From the NCBI GenBank assembly GCA_963706325.1, contig CAVPLT010000004.1, positions 224,001-288,000 of the forward strand: a stretch of DNA of 64,000 nucleotides. Reading direction: 5' to 3'. This DNA is from an uncultured Nitrospiraceae bacterium (GTDB lineage Bacteria > Nitrospirota > Nitrospiria > Nitrospirales > Nitrospiraceae). A program made the position numbers and the translations under genes. The notes under the pieces were generated by a model. It worked only from the letters and a program-made list of their open reading frames with translations. It did not search any database and was not told the origin of the DNA. Positions 19,401 through 28,440 of this stretch are shown here, piece after piece (position 1 is the first letter of the stretch; every line of letters begins with the position of its first letter).

Positions 19401-20439
19401 GTTGTCGTATGGATTGCCGGACGTAGAACCGTTCGGCTGCTTTCTGATGATCGGGATGGATCAGCTCAATAAACCGACGCCCCAGCAATTCCTGCTCGGA
19501 ATATTTCATGATTCGCATGGCAACGGGATTGACGAAGGTAAACCGGCCCATTGCGTCGGTTCGGTAGATGATGTCATTGGCCTTTGTCACCAGTAGACGA
19601 TACTGCTCTTGGCTTTCCCGCAAGGCCTCGTCCGTGCGTTTTGCACCGGTGATATCGCGAAAGACCGCGACCCCTCCCTTGAGCTGAGCGGACTCGTCTC
19701 GCAATGGCCGCGCGTTGACGCTCAGCCACGCTCCGTCGGGATGCGTCGCGTTACGGAGAAATAGTATGATGTTCGTGACGGATTCGCCCCTGATTGCCCG
19801 CGCCAGCGGTAGGTCGTGAGTCGGGTAGGGTGTCGTCTTGTCGAGTAAAAAAAGTCCGTAGTGCTCGGACCATTCGCCGATTCCTGTATCGATGGGTCCG
19901 GTTCCCATGATGCGTTCGGCGGCGGGATTCCACACTTGGAACATTCCGGCCTCGTCCGCCATCACCACGCCATCGGCAATGCTGTGGAGCACAGACTGGA
20001 GAAGGCGAGTTTTTTCTCGGAGTTCCCTTTCAAGTCTGGATCGCTCCACTGCGTAACTGAGCGCGCGAGTGAGCAGTGGCGCGGTGACTTGTCCTTTCAC
20101 GAGGTAATCCTGGGCTCCTGACTGGATCAGCCGCAGGCCTAATTCCTCGTCTTCCAGGCCGGTCATCAGGACGATGGGGACACCCTTCGCCGCGGCGTGC
20201 ATACGACAAAGGGTCTCGGCTCCTTGGCTGTCCGGCAAGGACAGGTCCAGCAGAATGACGTCGACCGTCCCCTGATTGAGGCAGCGAATGCCGCTCTCAA
20301 GTCGGTCCACGTGTGTGAGCGTGAAACGGTCGGCCTGTCCTTCGGCCAAGAGTTCCCGCAATATCCGGGCGTCACCCGGATTGTCCTCGATCAGGAGGAT
20401 ATGTGTCGGACGCTGGTTCACCCCATCAGTCTTTCTCAT
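16498..20439 (-). CDS. hybrid sensor kinase: REC - 6xPAS/PAC - GAF - HisKA_3 - HATPase
   Basis: N-terminal [17 protein letters not shown]; repeated [43 protein letters not shown]. Confidence 0.95.
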   Translation of the reverse strand: MRKTDGVNQRPTHILLIEDNPGDARILRELLAEGQADRFTLTHVDRLESGIRCLNQGTVDVILLDLSLPDSQGAETLCRMHAAAKGVPIVLMTGLEDEELGLRLIQSGAQDYLVKGQVTAPLLTRALSYAVERSRLERELREKTRLLQSVLHSIADGVVMADEAGMFQVWNPAAERIMGTGPIDTGIGEWSEHYGLFLLDKTTPYPTHDLPLARAIRGESVTNIILFLRNATHPDGAWLSVNARPLRDESAQLKGGVAVFRDITGAKRTDEALRESQEQYRLLVTKANDIIYRTDAMGRFTFVNPVAMRIMKYSEQELLGRRFIELIHPDHQKAAERFYVRQSIRQQPSTYYEFPALAKDGSEVWIGQNVQVLLADNRVEGFQAVARDITERKRAEEALLESEGRLRSIVQSTGDAIILMDTEGQVAFWNNGAEKTFGYTAKEMVGQPMTRIIPERFREAHRRGVQRVAAAGKLTVQATMFELIGLRKDDTEFPLEFSLAAWTAKSTLFITGIIRDISERVRAEEALRASEARFKAIMDNSPSMIFIKDLEGRYLQINRKIEQTFHIMNSEIAGKTGDEFFPLEQAAAWQANDRQVLESGVPMEFEETAILDKNHHTYIVMKFPLLTPQGGCYALCGMTTDITERKRAEETLHRSEVLLRSVINNATAAIYAKQADGRYLMVNSRFEQIFHITSEQVIGKTDYDIFSKEVADAFRANDRWVLANGRPLEIEEYAPHADGLHTYLSVKVPIRDQAGHVSSMCGISTDITERKRAEEERQRLTRERLLLLDSTGDGIYGIDPEGYCTFINKAGAKMLGYEPDEVRGKHMHRLVHHTLSDGLPYALHECPIYHVLQSGQSCHIDNEVLWRKDGTAFPADYSSSPIFEHNSVTGAVITFIDITVRKRLEQERSQRALRLIKQQSALTGLTQSRFFQSSELLQALRHIMKMAARTLDVERIGIWRYTDNRNAIHCIDRYELRDDRHSAGMTIPVASHPAYFQALSASQMIAIDDVQTDSRTNQFHGGCTESNGITSTMDIPLYLFGRLEGVICHEHFGPARHWVEDEWMFAIAVSNLVALAYEEEERKRAEKQVQQSQERLRSLTGRLESIREEERTRIAREVHDELGQALLGVKLELALLRAQVTELRPAIRDRIESTVTLVDRTMQSVRKIATELRPVVLDQLGLIPAIEWQAQEFQNRTGIQCTLNIYLRNVALTVDRSTGVFRIFQEILTNVARHAQASRVDISMQEHSGNLLLQVSDNGRGITEAEVSGAQSLGLLGMRERALLLGGETTIDRNLEQGTRVTVRVPIDQSQPE

Positions 20440-20878
20440 TCACCGGAAGCACGACGATGCCGAGCCAGAAATCTTCGATCGTTCGCACCACTGTGATGAA
20501 CTGATCCAAGTCGACCGGCTTCGTGATGTAGCAGTTGGCATGGAGGTTATAACTTTTCAACACATCCTGTTCATCTTGCGAGGTCGTCAGCACGACGACC
20601 GGAATGCGTTTGAGCACCTCGTCTGCCTTGATTTGAGCCAGTACCTCACGGCCGTCTTTTCGGGGGAGATTCAAATCAAGCAGAATCAGATGGGGGCGCT
20701 TCGATTGGGCATAGGGACCTTGCCGGCGGAGATAGGTCAAGGCCTCCTCACCGTCTTTGAGCACGGTCAAGTTGTTAATGACCTTTGCCTCCTTCAGGGC
20801 CTCCCTCGTGAGACGAACATCGCCTGGATTATCTTCAACCAGCAGAATCTCGACCGGTCTCACCAATTCAGGCGTCAT
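20426..20878 (-). CDS. single-domain response regulator, Rcp1-like
   Basis: [28 protein letters not shown] and [15 protein letters not shown] Shine-Dalgarno. Confidence 0.93.
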   Translation of the reverse strand: MTPELVRPVEILLVEDNPGDVRLTREALKEAKVINNLTVLKDGEEALTYLRRQGPYAQSKRPHLILLDLNLPRKDGREVLAQIKADEVLKRIPVVVLTTSQDEQDVLKSYNLHANCYITKPVDLDQFITVVRTIEDFWLGIVVLPVNEKD

Positions 20879-20900
20879 ACAAATTCCTCCTTCCGTCCGG

Positions 20901-22719
20901 TCATTCATTCAGCCCCGTTGCGTCCTGACTCTGTTGATGGTTTCGGATAGTAAAGTAAAATGTTGCTCCCTTACCAGGCTCAGATTCCACCCAGATGCGT
21001 CCCCCGTGCCGTTCGACGATTTTCTTGCAGATCGCCAGCCCGATGCCTGTTCCTGGGTATTCCTGTCTGTTATGAAGCCTCTGGAAAATTACAAAAATAC
21101 GATCGGCATACTGCGGGTCCAGTCCGATGCCATTGTCTCGAATGGAAAACAACCAGTTAGCGTCGGTTCGTGCGGAGACGTGAATGCGCGGTGGTTCGTG
21201 TCCTCTAAATTTGATGGCATTGCTCAGCAGATTCTGAAACAGCTGTTCCAATTGTTTCTCATCGCCCATCACCGTCGGCAACGGGTCATGAGTCACCACT
21301 GCGCCGCTTTCCTTCATGACATACCGTAAATTGTCTAGCGCATAGCCGAGGGCAGTTTCCGCGGAAGTAGGCTTGAACTGCCGGCCCCCCGTGCTCACTC
21401 GGGAATAGGCTAAAAGGTCCTGAATGAGCCGTTGCATGCGCATGGCTCCGTCCACGGCAAAGGCAATGAATTCATCTGCGTCGGAATCCAGTTTCCCAGC
21501 GTATCGCTTTGCCAGAAGCTGTGTATAACTGCTGACCATACGCAGCGGTTCCTGCAAGTCATGCGAGGCCACATAGGCGAATTGTTGCAACTCTGCATTG
21601 GAACGGCCCAGTTCCGCCACAGACTCTTCCAGCTCGTGCCGCGTGTTGACCAGTTCTTTACGCTCACGTCCCAATTTCCACGAAATCCAGATTCCGAAAC
21701 CCATCAGCGGGAGGACGACCAAGAATCCAATTCCTCCTACCGTCCAGAGTAGCCGGTCGACAGGCGCGTACACATCCTCGTGGTTCATCCGGAACAGGAC
21801 AATCCAATCGAGCCCGGGAAAGTCGCGATATCCTCTGGTCGATGCATAGCCGGTGACGACGGAGTTTCCACGGCGGGGAGCGATTTCTTCCACAAACCCC
21901 GGGCGATCCCGGTCGGCGGCCGCTCTGGCTCGTGAAGGTGTATCCAGTTTTACCGGACCGTTATCCAGGTACCTCTAAAGGATACTTCTCGCTGATGATG
22001 ATCCCATCGCGAGTGAGCAGGAGCCATTCGTAGATGTCTTGCCCGTATCGCAGCCTGCCTTCCTGTTCGAAAATCGACCGAAGATTTGCAATCGGCACGC
22101 GGCTGGCCACCACTCCACAAAACTTTCCTCCTGGTCCATAGATCGGTGCCGTGAACCCGACGGTCATCCGTCCCTGAGATTCAGAGGAAGGGGATACCTT
22201 ATCCAAGTGGATCGTTCCCGTTCGCCGCACCAAGTCAAAGGTGTCGGGATCTAAGCCTTGCGTGCCTTGGGCGGGAAGCGGATCGGTTGCCGCGATCACT
22301 TGTCCCTTTGCATCAGCGACGCCCAGCCAGGAGTAGTACCAGTAGAGTTGTTTGTACTGCAGGAGCCTGGCAGTCTTCTCCTCTAAGGTGCCTTCCCGGA
22401 GAACTCCGTCATTAACAAACAGCTGAATATCGCCGAATCGTTCAAACAGCACGCGATCGAGGGCTTCCGCGACCGCTGTGGCGTTCATGGCCAGTTCGCG
22501 TCCCCGTTCAGAGACCAACATGGTGCGCAAGAAGGACAGGGCGTAGAGCCCCAAGACCGTGGCGATGAAAAAACACAGAAGGAGTACCAGCGGAAGCATC
22601 CCCTCACCCCATCGGGGTGCGGGTCGGTAATAGCCACTTGCAGGAGGGTCGTTTGGTACTGCGGTGTTCATTAGCGAGTTGTCTGTGGATGAGTTCAACG
22701 GACAGAGTTGAAATATCAT
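20901..22719 (-). pseudogene. Cache-domain membrane histidine kinase split by a frameshift near 21961-21978
   Basis: ORF 21961..22719 encodes a TM helix and a Cache-like domain. ORF 20901..21893, in another frame, encodes the rest of the Cache domain, a TM helix, HisKA (ASHDLQEPL) and HATPase; that frame is open back to about 21975. Confidence 0.8.
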
Positions 22720-22841
22720 AACTCGTTCCTGCGGGCACTTCCATCTAGGAAAGTCATGTCAGCGCCCGTTTGCCTCATGGTTGACTCCCATGCTGTCAGC
22801 CACGTAGGTTCTCATCACACCACCTGTCCGTAAGGCTTTTG

Positions 22842-23258
22842 ATGTTGTCAATATCAACACATGTGACTATTCCGGACGAAGAGATCGAACTGGCGGCGGT
22901 GCGCGCGCAGGGTGCAGGCGGGCAGCACGTCAATAAGGTTTCCTCAGCGATACACCTACGCTTTGATATCGTGGCGTCCTCCCTTCCGCCGTTCTATAAA
23001 GAGCGACTCCTGGCAGTGCGGGACCATCGAGTGACGCGCGAGGGCGTGATTATCATCAAGGCGCAGGATTCGAGGAGCCAAGAGAGAAATCGTGCCCTTG
23101 CGCTGGACCGACTACGGGAGTTAATTCAGACGGTGGCGGTGCCACGCACCCCGCGTCGTCCGACTAAGCCGACCAAGGGATCTGCACAGCGGAGATTGCA
23201 AAGCAAAACCAAGCGAGCACGGTTGAAGACATTACGCGGGAAGCCCGCGGAAGAATGA
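22842..23258 (+). CDS. arfB: alternative ribosome rescue peptidyl-tRNA hydrolase ArfB (YaeJ)
   Basis: GAGGQHVNKVSSAIHLRFD, RSQERNR and a basic tail RRPTKPTKGS. Confidence 0.95.
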   Translation: MLSISTHVTIPDEEIELAAVRAQGAGGQHVNKVSSAIHLRFDIVASSLPPFYKERLLAVRDHRVTREGVIIIKAQDSRSQERNRALALDRLRELIQTVAVPRTPRRPTKPTKGSAQRRLQSKTKRARLKTLRGKPAEE

Positions 23259-23276
23259 GGGATGAACTCGGAAGGT

Positions 23277-23311
23277 AAAAAGAAGGGGCGCTTCAGCTGA
23301 AGCGCCCCTTC
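23277..23311 (-). terminator. intrinsic terminator of the RRM gene (possibly bidirectional with arfB)
   Basis: Perfect 30-bp palindrome gaaggggcgcttcagctgaagcgccccttc (23282-23311), followed by a U-tract on the minus strand. Confidence 0.85.
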
Positions 23312-23337
23312 GGAGACAAGACGAATCTTGTATCGAC

Positions 23338-23670
23338 TTAGAAGCGGTTGCGCCCGCCGCCGCCGCCACGGTTTTCACCGCCGCCGAAACGTCCACCACC
23401 GCCGCCGCCACCGGAGCGAGCTTCTTGGGGCTTCGCTTCGTTTACGGTGAGTTGGCGGCCATCCATGTCAGAGCCGTTCAAGGCTGTGATGGCTGCTTTC
23501 GCTTCTTCCGCCGTGGACATTTCAACGAATCCAAAGCCTCGCGACTGTCCGGTAAACTTGTCCGTGATCACGCGTGCCGACTCGACGGTGCCGTGGGTCG
23601 AAAACAAGTTGCTGAGTTGGGACTCAGTGGCTGCATACGGCAAACCGCCGACGTACAATTTAGTACCCAT
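23338..23670 (-). CDS. RRM RNA-binding protein with a Gly-rich tail
   Basis: RNP2 LYVGGL, RNP1 RGFGFVEM and LTVNEAKP; AAGGAG Shine-Dalgarno. Confidence 0.96.
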   Translation of the reverse strand: MGTKLYVGGLPYAATESQLSNLFSTHGTVESARVITDKFTGQSRGFGFVEMSTAEEAKAAITALNGSDMDGRQLTVNEAKPQEARSGGGGGGGRFGGGENRGGGGGRNRF

Positions 23671-24154
23671 AGGGGTCTCTCCTTTTGAATGATGACATTG
23701 TCGGCGACGCGAGAACAGACATATGAGGGGAATGAGCTGGCCGAAGGCGCTATCATTGAGGCGACTTGGGTCTGACTTCCGATCAACTTCTCGGTAACAA
23801 ACAACATCGGTGATGGGCCATCTAAACTATGTTTCTCATGTGGCCCGTCATGAGCACACGACGCATCCTAACAGAAGAATTTTGAGAATACTATGACTTT
23901 GTCGAGAGAACATAAAAAAATTTTACCTTATGCACTTAGCGGTGGGCTGAGCAGGCGGAAAGCTGCCTATTTTCTTTCGCGGTCGGTCCATTGTGGAGAT
24001 AGGCCCCTATATGCCCGGACTGCTCTTCTTCCCCGAGAGAGGCGATAATGAATAACATATGGCGAGGACGACTTAGCATCACCCACGTAAATTGAGCCAC
24101 GGGGCACTAGCATTCGCAGGGCGTGACCGGCATGGAGGTCATATGTTCGGCGTC

Positions 24155-25024
24155 TTAAACTCCGGCAGAGGCTGTCCGGAGGGAAGAGGCAAGGCCCATT
24201 TTCGACAACGCATAGATGAGCCATTTCGACGGATCATAGTTATACCAGAGCGGTCCGTTGCGATAGTCACTTGGATACGCATGGTGATAGTTGTGATAGC
24301 CTTCGCCAAATGTCAGCAGAGACACAAACCACGAATTGCGGCTCGAATTGGTCGTACTGTAGGGCTGTTCTCCCCATAAGTGACAGACAGAATTGATGAA
24401 AAATGTCGAATTGAGGACGGCAAAGGTCCGTCCAACACCGGCCAGCATGAATCCACCAATTCCCCCCTTCCAGCCGTCATACCCAAACCCCACTACAAAC
24501 GGTAGCGCCAGACCAACAAGAACGATCGCCGCATAATGCCGGTGTTGCCACATGGCCACGCGGTCCTGCATAACTCGCGAACCAAATCGTTCATCATTGC
24601 AGGGCACGGGATTGAGAAGCCAACCGCAGTGGCTATACCAGAACCCCCGTTTGGCATTGTAGGGATCGGCTGGGTCATCGCAGTGTGCATGGTGACGCAG
24701 GTGGTCGGCCGTCCATTTCGCCCCGGAGTTCTGAAGCGCCCAGCCTCCTGCGATCAACAAACAAGCCTTTACCCAGTCGGGGCACTCAAAACTGCGATGG
24801 GTCAACAGTCGGTGGTAGCCTACCGTGATCCCTAGACCGGTGATGACATAGAGCACTGCAAACATCGTCCAGTCGAGCCACGAGTAGCCGAAGACCAGTC
24901 CATAGGCCGGCACTGCAATCACCGATCCTGCGACGATCGACCAGAACAGGAGATAGGTCCAAAACTTATGATGGATGCGATGAACGATGTCGACGGGAAC
25001 AGAGCTGTCGGAAGCGTTTTCCAT
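24155..25024 (-). CDS. acyl-CoA/acyl-lipid delta-9 desaturase
   Basis: GYHRLLTHRSF, DHLRHH and GEGYHNYHH. Confidence 0.93.
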   Translation of the reverse strand: MENASDSSVPVDIVHRIHHKFWTYLLFWSIVAGSVIAVPAYGLVFGYSWLDWTMFAVLYVITGLGITVGYHRLLTHRSFECPDWVKACLLIAGGWALQNSGAKWTADHLRHHAHCDDPADPYNAKRGFWYSHCGWLLNPVPCNDERFGSRVMQDRVAMWQHRHYAAIVLVGLALPFVVGFGYDGWKGGIGGFMLAGVGRTFAVLNSTFFINSVCHLWGEQPYSTTNSSRNSWFVSLLTFGEGYHNYHHAYPSDYRNGPLWYNYDPSKWLIYALSKMGLASSLRTASAGV

Positions 25025-25239
25025 CTCACCAGAATAATCAAGCCGGCGCGTTTTCGCAAGCGCGTTCTCAGCGCGTCCCTCTCAAATCAGAGATATTCCA
25101 CGCGCTGTAGTGTGACCTGCAACCGTTCGCATGGAGCGGATGGCGCGTCAACCGGCGGCCGGCCAATACGTTGAAGCGAGTGGGGGCAGGGAGAAAGCTT
25201 AAAGAGATGGGGGTGTTCACTCACTGAAAGGAGAATCGT

Positions 25240-25593
25240 ATGCCTGTGCTGTTTCTGAATCGGCGAATGTCATTGGTTGTCGTACTCTTGTGTGGAGTAC
25301 TCGTCGGCGTCTCCGGGGTGTATGAGGCAGCGTGGTCGGACACAGACTCTGTATCTTCACCCGAACCGGGACCGCCCGCCGTGACACCAGAATCACCCCG
25401 CGGAGCCGGAAAAGTGCATGAGGGGAAGGGAAATCATCTCATGAGGAAAGCCTGCGCCGAGGATGCAAAAAAGCTTTGCACTGACGTGAAAGCGGGAGAC
25501 GGACGGATTGCCAAATGTTTGAAACAGCATGGGCAAGAGCTCTCGCAGGGCTGCGCCGAAATGATCCAGTCGCGCGGCAAGCACCCCCAGTAG
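25240..25593 (+). CDS. secreted protein with one Cys-rich (GLG1/Cys_rich_FGFR-like) repeat
   Basis: Signal peptide; ACAEDAKKLC..GRIAKCLKQHGQELSQGC; AAGGAG Shine-Dalgarno. Confidence 0.8.
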   Translation: MPVLFLNRRMSLVVVLLCGVLVGVSGVYEAAWSDTDSVSSPEPGPPAVTPESPRGAGKVHEGKGNHLMRKACAEDAKKLCTDVKAGDGRIAKCLKQHGQELSQGCAEMIQSRGKHPQ

Positions 25594-25650
25594 AAACAGG
25601 CGGCACGCGGGCCTGAAGCAGATACGGGCGAAGTTTTATAAAGCTTGTGC

Positions 25651-25688
25651 GGTGGAGCTGGTTTAAGCCAGCTCCCACCATCTTTTCT
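25651..25688 (+). terminator. probable intrinsic terminator
   Basis: Hairpin ggtggagctgg..ccagctcccacc followed by tcttttct. Confidence 0.55.
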
Positions 25689-25778
25689 GTCCGGTCACTG
25701 TCAGTGGATTTCTCGTATTTGTTTCTCGATCCATAGTGGATGGGATAGAGTGGCCATTATACATACGGGGGGCTACGT

Positions 25779-26159
25779 ATGAATGGCACTACGGGACAGG
25801 AAGAGTTTTCCGTCGATTTGCGTCAGCATCCGCGCCTGCGAGTGTCGGCCCCGTTCGTCTGTTCGCTCTCCCGTCTCGGTCTGGCCAAATGGCTTGGGCG
25901 TCGATCTGACGGGATCGGGGTGGTGTTCGATGTGTCGATGAAAGGGGCCAAAGTAATGAGTGAGGCGGGCATTCAGCGCGGTGACAGGTTATCGGTCAGC
26001 CTGTCCTTGCCTAATCAGGCCTCCCCGATGACCGTCGAGGAAGCGACGGTGCGTTGGGAGAAGGATCACGTGTATGGGTTAGAGTTTGTCGACCTTTCGC
26101 CTGTGGCTGAAATGCGGTTGCGAAAATTCATTACCATCTCGACGAAACCCGCCTCATAA
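25779..26159 (+). CDS. PilZ-domain protein
   Basis: RQHPR (RxxxR), DVSMKG (DxSxxG) and ATVRW..YGLEF. Confidence 0.88.
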   Translation: MNGTTGQEEFSVDLRQHPRLRVSAPFVCSLSRLGLAKWLGRRSDGIGVVFDVSMKGAKVMSEAGIQRGDRLSVSLSLPNQASPMTVEEATVRWEKDHVYGLEFVDLSPVAEMRLRKFITISTKPAS

Positions 26160-26277
26160 TCTGCGAAGGCTACTCTGGACAGCACTTCTGTCGGCATGCG
26201 GAGAGGGCATTGCCTGCCAATCCAATTCGGTAAAGCCGCTGTTCTGCTCCCACTGATTGGCTGAAGATAGGTTGAGA

Positions 26278-26306
26278 TTGCGCTCGCCGCTCCGTTTCCC
26301 TACAAT
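26278..26306 (+). promoter_or_regulatory. sigma70-type promoter for lpxL
   Basis: TTGCGC-N17-TACAAT. Confidence 0.5.
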
Positions 26307-26324
26307 GGGCCTCCCCATTCGGCC

Positions 26325-27263
26325 ATGTCCAGCACGAATACACGAAGTCAGCGGCATCATCCGCATAGCCCCCATCATTTTTTCAATTGGCTGACCTGGG
26401 TCGGCTTCGGTCTGTTTCGTCTCCTTTCGTTGCTGCCCTACCGGTGGCAACTCGCGCTCGGCCGACAATGCGGGCGCTTGTTACATGGCCTGCTTACCAG
26501 GAGACGCGATATCGTCCGGGTGAATTTGGCGTTATGTTTTCCTCACCTGGACGTCGCTGAGCGCAATAGGGTTGCGCTACGCTGCTTTGAGTCCATGGGA
26601 ATGGGCATGATGGAGATCGGTCTTGCCTGGTGGGCGAAGGATCCTCACATCCAGTGTGAATGTGCCATCAAGGGACTGGAGCATATCCGAGACGCCCTCC
26701 GGCACAAGCGGGGAGTGTTGCTCTGTGGGGCCCATTTGCATACGGCGGAACTTGCCGGCCGTTTCTTAGCGCATGAACAACCGATCGCGATCGTGTATCG
26801 GCCTCAAAACGATGTGGTGGCAGAAACAATCGCAAACGGCTGTCGTAGCCGCTACTATGCAAACCTCATCCAGCACCGCGATATGAGGGGAGTGCTCCGA
26901 GCATTGGCCGACAATCAGGTAGTTTGGTACGCCCCTGATATTGATGCCGGATCCAAGCGGAGTGTGTTTGCCCCGTTTTTCGAAGTGTCGGCCGCGTCAC
27001 TCACGGCCACTTCCCGATTAGCTAAAGTGAGCGGAGCGCCGGTGGTGCCCTGTTTTTATTATCGCAGGGCAGACGGCAGTGGTTATGACATCGAAGTGCA
27101 GCCGGCGCTCGATCAGTTCCCCTCGGGGGAAGTGTTAGAGGATACTGCGCGCATCAACCGCCTGATCGAGGGTGCCGTTCGTCGCGTCCCGGAACAGTAC
27201 TTTTGGCAGCACCGTCGCTTCAAGAGCCGCCCGCCCGGTGAGCCGCCGGTGTACGGGCGGTAG
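26325..27263 (+). CDS. lpxL: lipid A late acyltransferase (LpxL/HtrB family)
   Basis: HLHTAE (HxxxxE), VYRPQND, VWYAPD and PEQYFWQHRRFK. Confidence 0.88.
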   Translation: MSSTNTRSQRHHPHSPHHFFNWLTWVGFGLFRLLSLLPYRWQLALGRQCGRLLHGLLTRRRDIVRVNLALCFPHLDVAERNRVALRCFESMGMGMMEIGLAWWAKDPHIQCECAIKGLEHIRDALRHKRGVLLCGAHLHTAELAGRFLAHEQPIAIVYRPQNDVVAETIANGCRSRYYANLIQHRDMRGVLRALADNQVVWYAPDIDAGSKRSVFAPFFEVSAASLTATSRLAKVSGAPVVPCFYYRRADGSGYDIEVQPALDQFPSGEVLEDTARINRLIEGAVRRVPEQYFWQHRRFKSRPPGEPPVYGR

Positions 27264-27426
27264 CGGGCCCGCATTCGCCGCAGGCATCGACGATTGTTTC
27301 GACTCCAGGATCGGCGAGATGAGGCGTTAGGCCGGTAAAATGCCGAGAAGTATTCGGCGGTTCCGGCGTCTTACGATATACTGCGTTTAGCTGGACGCAG
27401 GGCAGGTTCACATCGTTCGCTCCATC

Positions 27427-27807
27427 ATGGATCACGCCAATCAGGACATAGATAAGCGTATCGAACTGCGACAGCACCAGCGGCGCGCGGTGCCGCCCAC
27501 CTGTCTTCTTTCATTTGCGCGCTTCGCCCTCTCCATCACGTTTAGCGGCGATTCGGAGGGAGAGGGGTCCGTCATCAATCTTTCCATCAAGGGCTGTAAA
27601 GTCGAGAGTGATGCGGGGGTGAAGGTGGGAGATGCCATGTCATTGATACTACTGCTGCCTGGGGGGGATGCACCGACGCCCGTCGATTTAGCCCTGGTGC
27701 GGTGGGCTCACGGTGCATGTTTTGGATTGGAATTTGTGTCTCTTGGGACCATGGCGATGCATCGGCTGCGCACGTTTCTCGCTTCTGCCGCCGGGTCCAA
27801 ACAGTAG
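27427..27807 (+). CDS. PilZ-domain protein
   Basis: RQHQR, NLSIKG and LVRW..FGLEF. Confidence 0.85.
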   Translation: MDHANQDIDKRIELRQHQRRAVPPTCLLSFARFALSITFSGDSEGEGSVINLSIKGCKVESDAGVKVGDAMSLILLLPGGDAPTPVDLALVRWAHGACFGLEFVSLGTMAMHRLRTFLASAAGSKQ

Positions 27808-27860
27808 GCTGTTCGACGAGGGGGTCTTGGTCATACGATACTGCTGAAGTGGAGGCGTCG

Positions 27861-28190
27861 TTGGGAGAAACGAAGGAATTGCGTAAGTCTCGTCGGATCA
27901 CGATTGGCTGTCGTTTGGCATTCTTCGGCGAAGATGATCTAGAAGGCGAGGGAGAGATGCTGGATCTCTCTTTTACCGGCTGTATGGCCAAATCAGACAG
28001 CGTGCTGCACCCTGGTCTCCAGATGAAGGTGTCGTTATTTTTATCGGATGGGCATGACTGGCCGGTTCGCATAGATGAAGCCATCGTCAGGTGGGCGCGA
28101 GGGGGGGAGTTCGGGGTAGAGTTCCTCGCTATACGTCCGCCGCAACTTCAGCGTATCCAGCAGTACGTCATCAAGACAAAGCCCTTATGA
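27861..28190 (+). CDS. PilZ-domain protein
   Basis: RKSRR, DLSFTG and AIVRW..FGVEF; TTG start after GGAGG. Confidence 0.85.
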   Translation: MGETKELRKSRRITIGCRLAFFGEDDLEGEGEMLDLSFTGCMAKSDSVLHPGLQMKVSLFLSDGHDWPVRIDEAIVRWARGGEFGVEFLAIRPPQLQRIQQYVIKTKPL

Positions 28191-28440
28191 CCGAGGAGCG
28201 TCGGGTCAGAATTTAATCAGGACACCTTGCTCCTCGCTTCGACCCATCCAAATTCATTCAGCCGACGTCTTTACACTCGTGGCTCAGTGGTGAGGCCGGT
28301 CGTCATTGGCACTCACTCAGGCTTTAAAATTCTTGGAGAAGGCGGGGCGTATGCAGGAGGTCGCGCGATGGAAAAGGGGCTGGATGGTGTGAAGATGATT
28401 CTGGACGATAAGATCTCAGCCTCATTGCGCGGCTGACAGA

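Noticed and set aside
17700..19700. Recurring DNA similarity at [16 protein letters not shown] segments
   Set aside because: These are PAS/PAC domain repeats inside one kinase, not a CRISPR array or mobile repeat.
23350..23415. ccg/cca tandem micro-repeats
   Set aside because: They simply encode the Gly-rich tail of the RRM protein.
23967..24224. 85-aa minus-strand ORF between the desaturase and RRM genes
   Set aside because: It overlaps the desaturase 3' end, has no Shine-Dalgarno and shows no recognisable motif.
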